Assembly (NCBI GenBank): GCA_904502145.1 | Contig: CAJGDH010000001.1 | Location: 1-44,287, forward strand | Direction: 5' to 3' | DNA: 44,287 nt | From: an uncultured Eubacterium sp. | GTDB taxonomy: Bacteria; Bacillota; Clostridia; Lachnospirales; Lachnospiraceae | Shown here: piece by piece, positions 8,620 through 17,577 of the stretch | Layout of the letters: each line of letters opens with the position of its first letter | Position numbering within the stretch: position 1 is the stretch's first letter | The notes under the pieces: model-generated | The model's database searches: none | Told to the model about the DNA's origin: nothing | Seen by the model: the letters and a program-made list of their open reading frames with translations, nothing else | Position numbers and translations under genes: made by a program

Positions 8620-9367
8620 CTGAATCTTCCTCATGCATCATTTTTTCCACTTCCTCCGGGTCATAGCCGTAAAATGCCGCCTCATCAAAGTCCGCATAGG
8701 TATTGTCCGTCGGGACACTGCCGTCGGGAGCACCCCCCTCATTTTCCTCTTCAAGATACCATGGCTTGGGCAGCCAGGGTTTGAAGATCCCGGCAAATAC
8801 CGTGGCACAGTACTGAGTGACCAGACCGAACATGATAAAGATCAGGCCGGGAAGGATCCTGCAGAGCCAGAGACCTGCACCGATCACGAAGAGCATCACC
8901 AGGGTATTGAAGATATTTTTGATGGACAGGGTGAATGCCCAGATGAAGATTTCTTTTGTCTTCCGTTCAAACTTTGCCAGTATGGGGAAGGTGTAAAGGG
9001 TAGTCATGGCCCAGAAAAGGAAGATGACTCCGAAGAAAAACAGGAAGAAAGTGAATACACCCTTGCCTGAAACTCTGCACATATAGATGTCCACAGCCAG
9101 AAAAATCCCGATCAGCGTGAGGATCACGCCGATGAGCATACCCTGCTTCAGGTTCTGCCTAAAAGACCGGAAAAAGTCTTTGTGAATCTCTGTCTGCTCG
9201 CCTCTTGCCCTCTGGATAAGTGCATAGTACGCGCCAGTGGTGGCAGGACCGATGGTCACTACGGGAATGCAGCAGATCAGCCATAAAGTGTTGAGCACAA
9301 AGAGGTCGAACACCGTATTCATCACCTGCCAGAGTGGATTCTGCGAATTAAAAAATCTCTCGAACAT
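8612..9367 (-). CDS. YesL/DUF624 family membrane protein
   Basis: LNTLWLICCIPVVTIGPATTG and DFFRSFRQNLKQG motifs, several TM segments, acidic C-terminal tail. Confidence 0.9.
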   Translation of the reverse strand: MFERFFNSQNPLWQVMNTVFDLFVLNTLWLICCIPVVTIGPATTGAYYALIQRARGEQTEIHKDFFRSFRQNLKQGMLIGVILTLIGIFLAVDIYMCRVSGKGVFTFFLFFFGVIFLFWAMTTLYTFPILAKFERKTKEIFIWAFTLSIKNIFNTLVMLFVIGAGLWLCRILPGLIFIMFGLVTQYCATVFAGIFKPWLPKPWYLEEENEGGAPDGSVPTDNTYADFDEAAFYGYDPEEVEKMMHEEDSDE

Positions 9368-9420
9368 AAAACCTGTTCATCCTTTCCGTCTGATATCCGG
9401 GTCATTTGATCATCAACGCT

Positions 9421-9450
9421 ATACTATCATAAACACGATGGCGTATTCAA
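9421..9450 (-). promoter_or_regulatory. Putative promoter of yesL
   Basis: Minus strand TTGAAT-18 nt-TAGTAT with a TGn extension. Confidence 0.45.
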
Positions 9451-9543
9451 GAAGATTCCTCATGGGAATATGGAAAAAACAGAAATAATATACAAAAAAA
9501 AATAAAATTTATTGGTTATTTATCCAAAAAAGGAAAATGATAT

Positions 9544-9557
9544 GTCAAACGATTGAC
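9544..9557. promoter_or_regulatory. LacI-type operator overlapping the -35 of the SBP promoter
   Basis: GTCAAACGATTGAC, a 14-bp near-palindrome with central CG typical of LacI-family sites. Confidence 0.7.
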
Positions 9558-9581
9558 TCACGATTTTCATTTTGTTAAAAT
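9553..9581 (+). promoter_or_regulatory. Sigma-A promoter of the sugar ABC operon
   Basis: TTGACT-17 nt-TAAAAT with TG at 9573-9574 and AT-rich A-tracts upstream. Confidence 0.75.
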
Positions 9582-9718
9582 CAGATTGTAATAATGCTCT
9601 CTGTGTGACCTTTGCGGTCGGTACGATTTATTCCGCCGGTTACACCCGGGGTATGTTTGGTCCCTGGCAGCCTGATCAACTGCCGTCGGATCATGTTTTT
9701 ATGAGGAGGACAATAAAA

Positions 9719-11005
9719 ATGAAAAAGAAAATTTTAGCACTTGCTCTTGCTATGATCATGGTTGCTTCCCTCGCAGCATGCGGAAGCAGCGGTGGTTCCG
9801 GAGATTCCACCGGAAGCGGTGAAGATGTTACCATCACGATCTTTAACTCCAAGAGTGAGATCCAGGATCAGTTCATTGAACTTGCAGATGAATATACCGA
9901 GACCCATCCCGGCGTGACCATCGAAGTTTACTATTCCAGCGATACTGTATCCGCACATCTTGCAACCAAGTATGCTTCCAACGATCCTTATACCATCTCC
10001 ATGGTAGATGCAAAGGACATCTATTCTCTTGGTGAAGAGCATGCGCTTGACCTCTCCGATCAGGATTGGGTCGCCAACACAGACTACGCCATCTCAGTTG
10101 GTGATAAAGTTTATGGTTTCCCGTTCTGTGTCGAAGCTCGTGGTGTTATGTATAATGCTGATGCCATCAAGGCTATCACCGGCGAGGATTTCGATCCTGC
10201 ATCATGTGCAACCAAGGAAGACTTCCAGGCTCTTCTTGACAAACTTGTAGCCGGCGGTATGGCTGCTCCTGTAGGAATCATGAAAGAAGACTGGTCATTA
10301 GCTGCTCATTATTTCCAGGAAATCTATGAAGAGCAGGATGATCCGGAAGCTTTTGTTCAGTCCTTATATGCAGGCAAAGCTGACCTTGCCAACAACTTAA
10401 GATTCAACTCCATGATGGATACTTTTGACATCCTTATGAAATACAACTATGCGGCAGCTACACCGGTTGCAGCAGAGCGTGAAGTTTCCGAACAGAAACT
10501 TGCTGAAGGCGAGATCGCTTTCATGTTCGGCGGAAACTGGGATTGGTCCCTCATCAAGGATTTTGCTGAAGATGCTAATATGGGTATGATGCCTGTTCCG
10601 CAGAGCACAGACGATGACTACAACACCAAGTTAGTCGGTGGCGGTTCCAAGTATTTCTTCATCGATTCTTCCGACAATACTTCCGAAGCTCAGGTTACAG
10701 CAGCTAAGGATTTCCTTAACTGGCTCGTATTTGATGCTGACGGCAATGCATTCCTGACCGAGAGATGCGCAGTTGTTCCTGCTTACAACAACATCAACGC
10801 TGACGCACTCGATCCGTTATCCATCTCCGTTAAGCAGTATGCTGACGAAGGCAAATTAGTTGACAACTACAACTATGACCCGGATGATCATTACTCCATC
10901 GTTGGTGCTGCTATGCAGGAATATCTTGCCGGCAAGTCTGACCGTGCAAAACTTGCTGCCGATGTTGAAAAATACTGGAGCAGTGTAACACCTGTAGAGC
11001 ACTGA
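9719..11005 (+). CDS. Sugar ABC transporter substrate-binding lipoprotein (MsmE-like)
   Basis: Start placed at ATG 9719 after GAGGAGG. MKKKILALALAMIMVASLAA-C lipobox, S/G linker, family-1 SBP motifs (VYGFPFCVE..GVMYN, GEIAFMFGGNW). Confidence 0.93.
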   Translation: MKKKILALALAMIMVASLAACGSSGGSGDSTGSGEDVTITIFNSKSEIQDQFIELADEYTETHPGVTIEVYYSSDTVSAHLATKYASNDPYTISMVDAKDIYSLGEEHALDLSDQDWVANTDYAISVGDKVYGFPFCVEARGVMYNADAIKAITGEDFDPASCATKEDFQALLDKLVAGGMAAPVGIMKEDWSLAAHYFQEIYEEQDDPEAFVQSLYAGKADLANNLRFNSMMDTFDILMKYNYAAATPVAAEREVSEQKLAEGEIAFMFGGNWDWSLIKDFAEDANMGMMPVPQSTDDDYNTKLVGGGSKYFFIDSSDNTSEAQVTAAKDFLNWLVFDADGNAFLTERCAVVPAYNNINADALDPLSISVKQYADEGKLVDNYNYDPDDHYSIVGAAMQEYLAGKSDRAKLAADVEKYWSSVTPVEH

Positions 11006-11100
11006 TCGAACCACACCCCGCACGTAAAGTACGTGCACAGATTCCCCTTCGGCAGACACCTGATCAACGGAAGCCGGGGATTGTAAACCCAATATGAACA

Positions 11101-11130
11101 GGCAGCAGAGAGTTTCCCCTCTCTGTTGCC
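11101..11130 (+). other. Intergenic stem-loop after the SBP gene (probable mRNA stabiliser or attenuator)
   Basis: GGCAGCAGAGAG-TTTCCC-CTCTCTGTTGCC, with only a broken U-rich tail. Confidence 0.65.
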
Positions 11131-11161
11131 GATTCTTACTTTTATTAAGTAGGGGGAAAAT

Positions 11162-12043
11162 ATGAATACGAACACCATGTCTTATAAGACAAAACAGTTT
11201 TTAATGTTTGCCGGTGTCACAACATTTGTTTTTGCGGCCGTAGTAATCGTTCCCTTTATCTACGGTCTGTACCTGACCTTTACCAGTTGGGACGGTGTTG
11301 CGAAGAGCAAACCTTTCGTAGGTTTTGCCAACTACGCATCAACCTTTGCAGACAGCGCTTTCTGGACCGCACTCGGAAGGACCCTGATCTATTCCGCGAT
11401 CGCCGTTATTCTCGTTAACGTGGTCGCTTTCATCCTGGCCTTCCTGGTAACCAGCGGCGTTAAAGGCCAGAACTTCTTCCGTGCAGGTTTCTTCGTACCG
11501 AACCTGATCGGTGGTATCGTTCTTGGTTATATCTGGAAATTCGTTTTCAACCGTGCTCTGGTTTCTCTGGGTACTGCAATTAATTCCGGTGCATTATCTA
11601 CCTCACTTCTGGCTACTACCGGAGGAGCGATGTTCTGTTTGATCGTCGTGTCCGTATGGCAGTATGCCGGCTACATGATGCTGATCTATGTTGCAGGTTT
11701 CATGAGCGTTTCCAATGACGTTATCGAAGCTGCCAAGATCGACGGATGTACCAATATGCAGACCATCACACATATCTCGGTACCCCTTATGGTATCCTCA
11801 TTTGTGCAGTGTCTGTTCCTGACAATTACAAGATGTTTCATGGTCTACGATGTCAACCTTTCCTTGACAAACGGTGAACCCTACAACAGTTCCGTGCTGG
11901 CTGCCATGCATGTGTACAACACAGCCTTCACATACAAGAACTATGGTACAGGTCAGGCTGAGGCTCTGATCCTCTTCATCGTCTGCGCGGTTATCGGCGT
12001 AGCCCAGGTATACATTGGAAAGAAAGCGGAGGTATCAGCTTAA
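11162..12043 (+). CDS. Carbohydrate ABC transporter permease (MsmF-like)
   Basis: Multiple TM segments, EAAKIDG motif, FFVPNLIGGIVLGYIW. Confidence 0.93.
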   Translation: MNTNTMSYKTKQFLMFAGVTTFVFAAVVIVPFIYGLYLTFTSWDGVAKSKPFVGFANYASTFADSAFWTALGRTLIYSAIAVILVNVVAFILAFLVTSGVKGQNFFRAGFFVPNLIGGIVLGYIWKFVFNRALVSLGTAINSGALSTSLLATTGGAMFCLIVVSVWQYAGYMMLIYVAGFMSVSNDVIEAAKIDGCTNMQTITHISVPLMVSSFVQCLFLTITRCFMVYDVNLSLTNGEPYNSSVLAAMHVYNTAFTYKNYGTGQAEALILFIVCAVIGVAQVYIGKKAEVSA

Positions 12044-12903
12044 TGGAAACTTTAAATGAGAAAGCTGCTCGCAATGCGAAGATCGCAGCTGTATTAAAGA
12101 TTATCCTTCTTGTGGTATTATTCGTTCTTTTCATCTTTCCATTCGTTCTTGTAATCATCAACGTATTTAAGGTAAAAGCGGATATTACCTCAGATCCACT
12201 TGCCCTGATCGGCTCCCGTGGATTTACCCTGCAGAACTTCCCCAACGCCATGAAAAAGATGAATTTCTGGCGTGTATTCGGAAACTCTGCAATTATCACC
12301 ATCACCTCCACAATCATCACCATCCTTCTTGCTGCGATGGCTGCATACGTTATCGTCCGTAACAACTGGAAGGCATGTGGGGCATTGTTCGGACTGATGG
12401 TAGCTTCTATGGTTATTCCTTTCCAGGTATTGATGATTCCTCTTGTATCACTTTACGGTGGTATCCTGAATCTCTTAAGCCATAGAGCGACGCTGATCTT
12501 TATGCATGTCGGGTTCTCGCTATCGATGGCGACCTTCATGTTCCACGGTGCGATCAACACCAATGTTCCGATCGCCCTGGAGGAGGCTGCCAAGATTGAC
12601 GGATGTACCCGTTGGCAGACATTCTGGAAGATCGTCTTCCCGCTGATCAAGCCCACGATCGCAACAGTGGCAATCATTGATGCGATGGCTTTCTGGAACG
12701 ACTACCTGCTTCCGTCCCTTGTCCTTGCAAAGAAAGATCTTTATACGATTCCGATCGCTACCCAGGTATTCTACGGAACCTATTCCACAGATATCGGTCT
12801 TGTAATGGCCGCCCTGCTGCTGGCAATGCTTCCTATCCTTATCCTGTATCTCTTCCTTCAGAGATTCATCGTGGAAGGTGTTACCTCCGGTGCGGTTAAA
12901 TAA
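12043..12903 (+). CDS. Carbohydrate ABC transporter permease (MsmG-like)
   Basis: LEEAAKIDGC, FWNDYLLP, C-terminal GAVK; TAATG translational coupling. Confidence 0.93.
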   Translation: METLNEKAARNAKIAAVLKIILLVVLFVLFIFPFVLVIINVFKVKADITSDPLALIGSRGFTLQNFPNAMKKMNFWRVFGNSAIITITSTIITILLAAMAAYVIVRNNWKACGALFGLMVASMVIPFQVLMIPLVSLYGGILNLLSHRATLIFMHVGFSLSMATFMFHGAINTNVPIALEEAAKIDGCTRWQTFWKIVFPLIKPTIATVAIIDAMAFWNDYLLPSLVLAKKDLYTIPIATQVFYGTYSTDIGLVMAALLLAMLPILILYLFLQRFIVEGVTSGAVK

Positions 12904-12915
12904 TCGAACCCTAAT

Positions 12916-12948
12916 AAGAGCTGTACATTCGTACAGCTCTTTCTTTTT
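12916..12948 (+). terminator. Intrinsic terminator of the ABC operon
   Basis: AAGAGCTGTAC-ATTC-GTACAGCTCTT followed by TCTTTTT. Confidence 0.88.
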
Positions 12949-13030
12949 GCGCGCAGCAATGAGCCATGCGCTGACGCAGTTCCCGAACTTGTCGGCATGG
13001 AATTTTATCATTCCTATCCCGCCAATAAAA

Positions 13031-13039
13031 TGATATAAT
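13031..13039 (+). promoter_or_regulatory. Extended -10 promoter of the alpha-galactosidase gene
   Basis: TGATATAAT about 35 nt before the ATG and downstream of the operon terminator. Confidence 0.6.
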
Positions 13040-13074
13040 AATATCTGATATCTCATCAGAAAGGATAACCGGAT

Positions 13075-15255
13075 ATGAGCATACATTATCAGGAAGAAGA
13101 AAGATTATTTACTTTACATACGGATAACAGCACCTATCAGATGCAGGTGGATAAATACGGCTACCTGCTGCATCTGTATTACGGAAGACGGACAGAAGGA
13201 TGCATGGACTACCTTTTATTCTACTCCGACCGGGGTTTTTCCGGTAATCCCTATATCGCAGGGCGGGATAAAACCTATTCCCTGGACACCCTGCCGCAGG
13301 AGTATCCTGTCATGGGAACGGGGGACTTCCGAAACCCTGCCCTGATCCTTTGTAACGGCGACGGGAGTTTCTCCTGCTGCCTTCTCTATGAAAGCCACAG
13401 GATCATGAAAGGAAAATATGGTCTTGAAGGACTTCCGGCTGTCTATGCTGAAAAAGAGGAGGCAGAAAGCCTGGAGATCACCATGGCAGATCCGGTCTCG
13501 GGAGTGAAGGTCGATCTCCTCTATGGTGTCCTCCCGCATTGTGACATTATCACAAGGACCGTCAGGATAAGGAACGAAGGAGAAGACAGGGTAACCCTGG
13601 AAAATGTACAGACCGCATGCCTTGATTTTGTATCCGGCGATTACGATCTTATCTCCTTTAACGGGCGCCATGCCATGGAACGGAACTTCCAGAGAACCCC
13701 TGTTGAGCATGCCTGTCAGACCATAGGCAGCAGGAGAGGAATGTCCAGCCATCAGTATAATCCCATGATCATCCTGGCAGATCATGAATGTAACGAAGAT
13801 CATGGTGCCTGTTATTCCATGTCCTTTGTCTACAGCGGAGGCTTCAAAGCACAGGTGGAGAAAGACCAGACAGGCGGTACCAGGGCATTGATGGGTCTCA
13901 TGGATGATCTCTTTTCCTATCCGCTTGATAAAGGGGAAACCTTCCAGTCCCCCGAAGTGATCCTGACTTACAGTGGTCATGGACTGGCCGGATTGTCCCA
14001 CAATCTCCATACCTGTATCAGGGAACATGTCTGCAGGGGCAGATATCGTGACGGGGGAAGACCTATTCTTCTCAACAGCTGGGAGGGATGTTATTTCGAT
14101 TTTACCGGTGAGGATATCTACCGTCTCGCAGTGGAAGCAAAGAATCTGGGCATAGACATGATCGTTATGGATGACGGCTGGTTCGGAAAACGTGATGATG
14201 ATATATCCGGACTGGGTGACTGGGTCGTCAATGAGGATAAACTCGGGGAATCCCTGGGTCACCTGGTAAACAGGATAACCGATCTGGGCATGAAATTCGG
14301 CATATGGTTCGAACCGGAATGTATCAGTGAGGACAGCGACCTCTACCGGGCTCATCCTGACTGGGCACTGAAGATCCCCGGCCGGGATCCCGTTCGGGCA
14401 AGGTATCAGCTGGTCCTGGATTTCTCCAGGAAAGAGGTGGTGGACCATATCTTCAACGCAGTCTGCAGCATCCTGGATCAGGCAGATATCTCCTATGTGA
14501 AATGGGACTTCAACCGGAGTATAACCGATATATTCTCCCGGGATACTTCTGTTCAGGGGAAAGTCCTCTATGATTATGTTCTCGGCCTCTATGATTTTCT
14601 GGAAAGGCTTGTGGAAAGATATCCTGATCTGCTTCTGGAAGGCTGCAGCGGCGGCGGCGGAAGATTTGATGCCGGTATGCTGTATTATGCTCCCCAGATC
14701 TGGTGCAGTGACAATACGGATGCCATCGACCGTCTGAGGATACAGTACGGAACCTCCTTCGGCTATCCGGTCTCTACAATGGGTTCGCATGTTTCTGCCG
14801 TGCCCAATCATCAGACCGGCAGGATAACTCCGCTGAAGACCAGAGGGATCGTGGCTATGTCCGGAACCTTCGGCTATGAACTGGACCCTGCACATATGAG
14901 TCAGGAGGAAAAGGATGAGGTTGTCCTCCAGGTAGAAGAGTACCGCCGTTTCCGTGATCTCATCAGCCAGGGCCTCTATTACAGACTGACCAATCCCTTT
15001 ACAGAGGAGACAGCTGCCTGGATGTTTGTATCTGAAGACGGGTCAGAAGCTCTGGTTTCCGCAGTTATGCAGCAGGTCCACGGGGCTTCACTCTGTACCT
15101 ACATCCGGCTTAAAGGTTTGAAGGCAGGAGAATCCTATATAGAAGAGAAGAGCGGCCGCATCTATCCTGCAGACGCCCTGATGGAGGCAGGTTATCCTCT
15201 GCCGGTGGAACCGGGTGCTTACAATGCATATCAGATCTTCCTGAAAAAAATCTGA
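13075..15255 (+). CDS. aga: GH36 alpha-galactosidase
   Basis: NSWEG, VMDDGWFGKR, FGIWFEPE, YVKWDFNR (nucleophile), CSGGGGRFD and WCSDNTD motifs. Confidence 0.95.
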   Translation: MSIHYQEEERLFTLHTDNSTYQMQVDKYGYLLHLYYGRRTEGCMDYLLFYSDRGFSGNPYIAGRDKTYSLDTLPQEYPVMGTGDFRNPALILCNGDGSFSCCLLYESHRIMKGKYGLEGLPAVYAEKEEAESLEITMADPVSGVKVDLLYGVLPHCDIITRTVRIRNEGEDRVTLENVQTACLDFVSGDYDLISFNGRHAMERNFQRTPVEHACQTIGSRRGMSSHQYNPMIILADHECNEDHGACYSMSFVYSGGFKAQVEKDQTGGTRALMGLMDDLFSYPLDKGETFQSPEVILTYSGHGLAGLSHNLHTCIREHVCRGRYRDGGRPILLNSWEGCYFDFTGEDIYRLAVEAKNLGIDMIVMDDGWFGKRDDDISGLGDWVVNEDKLGESLGHLVNRITDLGMKFGIWFEPECISEDSDLYRAHPDWALKIPGRDPVRARYQLVLDFSRKEVVDHIFNAVCSILDQADISYVKWDFNRSITDIFSRDTSVQGKVLYDYVLGLYDFLERLVERYPDLLLEGCSGGGGRFDAGMLYYAPQIWCSDNTDAIDRLRIQYGTSFGYPVSTMGSHVSAVPNHQTGRITPLKTRGIVAMSGTFGYELDPAHMSQEEKDEVVLQVEEYRRFRDLISQGLYYRLTNPFTEETAAWMFVSEDGSEALVSAVMQQVHGASLCTYIRLKGLKAGESYIEEKSGRIYPADALMEAGYPLPVEPGAYNAYQIFLKKI

Positions 15256-15285
15256 TGACCCGTTTATAAAATAAGACAGGTAAAA

Positions 15286-15370
15286 TAAAGGCGGATATCT
15301 GCCAGTTTTCCGGATCAGATCATAAAAGATCTGGCTGTCGGGGACCTGACGGATATCCGCCTCATTTATT
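15286..15370. terminator. Long imperfect hairpin between convergent aga and metG
   Basis: AGGCGGATATC...TCAGATC-ATAAAA-GATCTGG...GATATCCGCCT, flanked by A/T runs. Confidence 0.7.
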
Positions 15371-15407
15371 TAATGTTATTGTTTTCGATCAGCGCTGTCT
15401 GAAGATC

Positions 15408-17375
15408 TCAGCTGATCTCGGTTCCTGCAGGCATATCCTTCTCGGGAGTCATCAGACATAACTCTCCGTCGGGTTTGACCGCGCATAAGATCATGCCTTC
15501 CGACTTAACCCCTGCCAGAGTTGCCGGCTTAAGGTTAACCAGGACCATGACTTTCTTGCCTACCATTTCTTCCGGAGTATAATACTTTTTGATCCCGGAA
15601 ACGATCTGGCGGACCTGGCTGCCGATCTTCACCTGGGAGCAGAGAAGCTTCTTGGATTTCTTGACGGCCTCACAGGCGATGACCTCACCGATCTGGAACT
15701 GCATACCGTCGAAGTCATCGATGCTGATCTCAGGTTTTGCATCAAGGTCAACAACCTCCTCGGCTTCCTCAGTATCCTCAGGCTCTGCAGAAGCGGGGTT
15801 TTTCGCTGCATAAAGAGCATCCACCTTATCCATCACTTCATTAAGATCAAGCCTGGCAAAAAGGATCTCGGGTTTTTCAACCACCTTACTGCCATGTTCG
15901 TATAACCCGAACATCTCAAGTTCATCCATGGTTCTTTCCCTGGAATTGAGCTGGGCAAAGATCTTTGCCGCTGTATCCGGCATGAAGGGAACCAGAAGAG
16001 AAGCACCGATGGTAATGGATTCCACCAGATTATAGAGGACAGTGGAAAGACGGTCTTTCTTCTCCGGATCCTTTGCAAGAAGCCACGGAGTGGTTTCGTC
16101 GATGTATTTGTTGCAGCGTTTGAACAGATTGAAAATCTCGGTAATGGCATCCGCAACCCTTAACTGACTCATTTTCTTGATTACTTTGGTCTTGGTATCA
16201 AGGGCTGTATCCATCAGTTCCTTATCAAAACTGTCATGATCACCGCAATCCGTAACGATACCGCCAAAATATTTATTGGACATGGAAATGGTACGGTTGA
16301 CCAGGTTGCCAAGGGTATTGGCCAGGTCGGAATTGATCCTTTCCACCAGAAGTTCCCAGGTGATCACACCGTCATTTTCATAAGGCATCTCGTGAAGAAC
16401 GAAATAACGCACGGCATCAACACCGAACAGATTGACCAGATTGTCGGCATAGATCACATTTCCCTTGGACTTGCTCATCTTGCCGCTGCCCACAAGGAGC
16501 CACGGATGACCGAAGACTTTCTTGGGAAGCGGAACACCCAGAGCCATGAGGAAGATAGGCCAGTAGATGGTGTGGAAACGTACGATATCCTTCCCGATGA
16601 TATGGACATCGGCCGGCCAGTATTTCCTGAACATCTCATCGTGGTTTCCGTCCACATCGAATCCCATGGTGGTGATGTAGTTGCTCAAAGCATCAAGCCA
16701 GACATAAATCACATGCTTGGGATCAAAATCCACCGGAATACCCCAGGAGAAGGACGTTCTGGAAACACAGAGATCCTGGAGACCGGGTTTGAGGAAGTTG
16801 TTTATCATCTCATTCTTTCTGGATTCCGGCTGGATGAAGTCCGGATGATCCTCGATATGCTTCATCAGACGATCGGCATATTTGCTCATCTTGAAGAAGT
16901 ATGCTTCTTCCTTGGCATGGCCAACGGGACGGCCGCAGTCGGGACATTTTCCATCCACCAGCTGAGATTCCGTAAAGAAGGATTCACAGGGGGTGCAGTA
17001 TAAACCCTCGTAATATCCCTTATAGATATCTCCCTGATCGTACAGCTTCTTAAAGATCTTCTGTACGGTTTTTTCATGGTAGTCGTCGGTTGTGCGGACA
17101 AATTTATCATAAGAAGTATTCATCAGGTCCCAGATGGTTTTGATCTCGCCTGCGACATTGTCCACGAAAGCTTTCGGAGTAATTCCGGCTTCCTGGGCTT
17201 TAAGCTCGATCTTCTGACCATGTTCGTCAGTACCGGTCTGGAAACGGACATCATAACCCTCTTTACGTTTAAACCGGGTGATGGCATCTGCCAGAACCAC
17301 TTCATAGGTGTTGCCGATATGGGGTTTGCCCGAAGTATAGGCGATGGCAGTAGTAAGATAATATGGTTTGCTCAT
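15408..17375 (-). CDS. metG: Methionine--tRNA ligase with C-terminal tRNA-binding domain
   Basis: HIGN (HIGH-type) motif, TGTDEHGQK, one Zn knuckle CTPC..CPDC, KMSKS, C-terminal EMAP/Trbp domain. Start placed at ATG 17375 (AGGAGG RBS) rather than 17399. Confidence 0.96.
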   Translation of the reverse strand: MSKPYYLTTAIAYTSGKPHIGNTYEVVLADAITRFKRKEGYDVRFQTGTDEHGQKIELKAQEAGITPKAFVDNVAGEIKTIWDLMNTSYDKFVRTTDDYHEKTVQKIFKKLYDQGDIYKGYYEGLYCTPCESFFTESQLVDGKCPDCGRPVGHAKEEAYFFKMSKYADRLMKHIEDHPDFIQPESRKNEMINNFLKPGLQDLCVSRTSFSWGIPVDFDPKHVIYVWLDALSNYITTMGFDVDGNHDEMFRKYWPADVHIIGKDIVRFHTIYWPIFLMALGVPLPKKVFGHPWLLVGSGKMSKSKGNVIYADNLVNLFGVDAVRYFVLHEMPYENDGVITWELLVERINSDLANTLGNLVNRTISMSNKYFGGIVTDCGDHDSFDKELMDTALDTKTKVIKKMSQLRVADAITEIFNLFKRCNKYIDETTPWLLAKDPEKKDRLSTVLYNLVESITIGASLLVPFMPDTAAKIFAQLNSRERTMDELEMFGLYEHGSKVVEKPEILFARLDLNEVMDKVDALYAAKNPASAEPEDTEEAEEVVDLDAKPEISIDDFDGMQFQIGEVIACEAVKKSKKLLCSQVKIGSQVRQIVSGIKKYYTPEEMVGKKVMVLVNLKPATLAGVKSEGMILCAVKPDGELCLMTPEKDMPAGTEIS

Positions 17376-17577
17376 ATATGGAGTCCTCCTGTTATCCATT
17401 TTTTAATCAATAATCTGTGATTTAACGAAAACCAGGCAGATTTTTGTTCAACAATCTTATACATTATAGAATAAATTAATCCTTTCGTCCATAGCAAATT
17501 AGTGTCAGCATTTCTTTTTACAAAAAATGTGTTATGATATCACTAACCTTAAGAAGAGTTTGACCGGAGGTGAACAT

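Noticed and set aside
9494..9502. A9 homopolymer as a phase-variation tract
   Set aside because: It lies upstream of the -35 among other A-tracts, not in a promoter spacer or CDS.
9572..9718. 49-aa N-terminal extension of the SBP in the ORF track
   Set aside because: The TTG start lies inside the promoter. The RBS and signal peptide point to ATG 9719.
13216..14895. 559-aa antisense ORF over aga
   Set aside because: Shadow ORF fully inside a well-supported GH36 gene.
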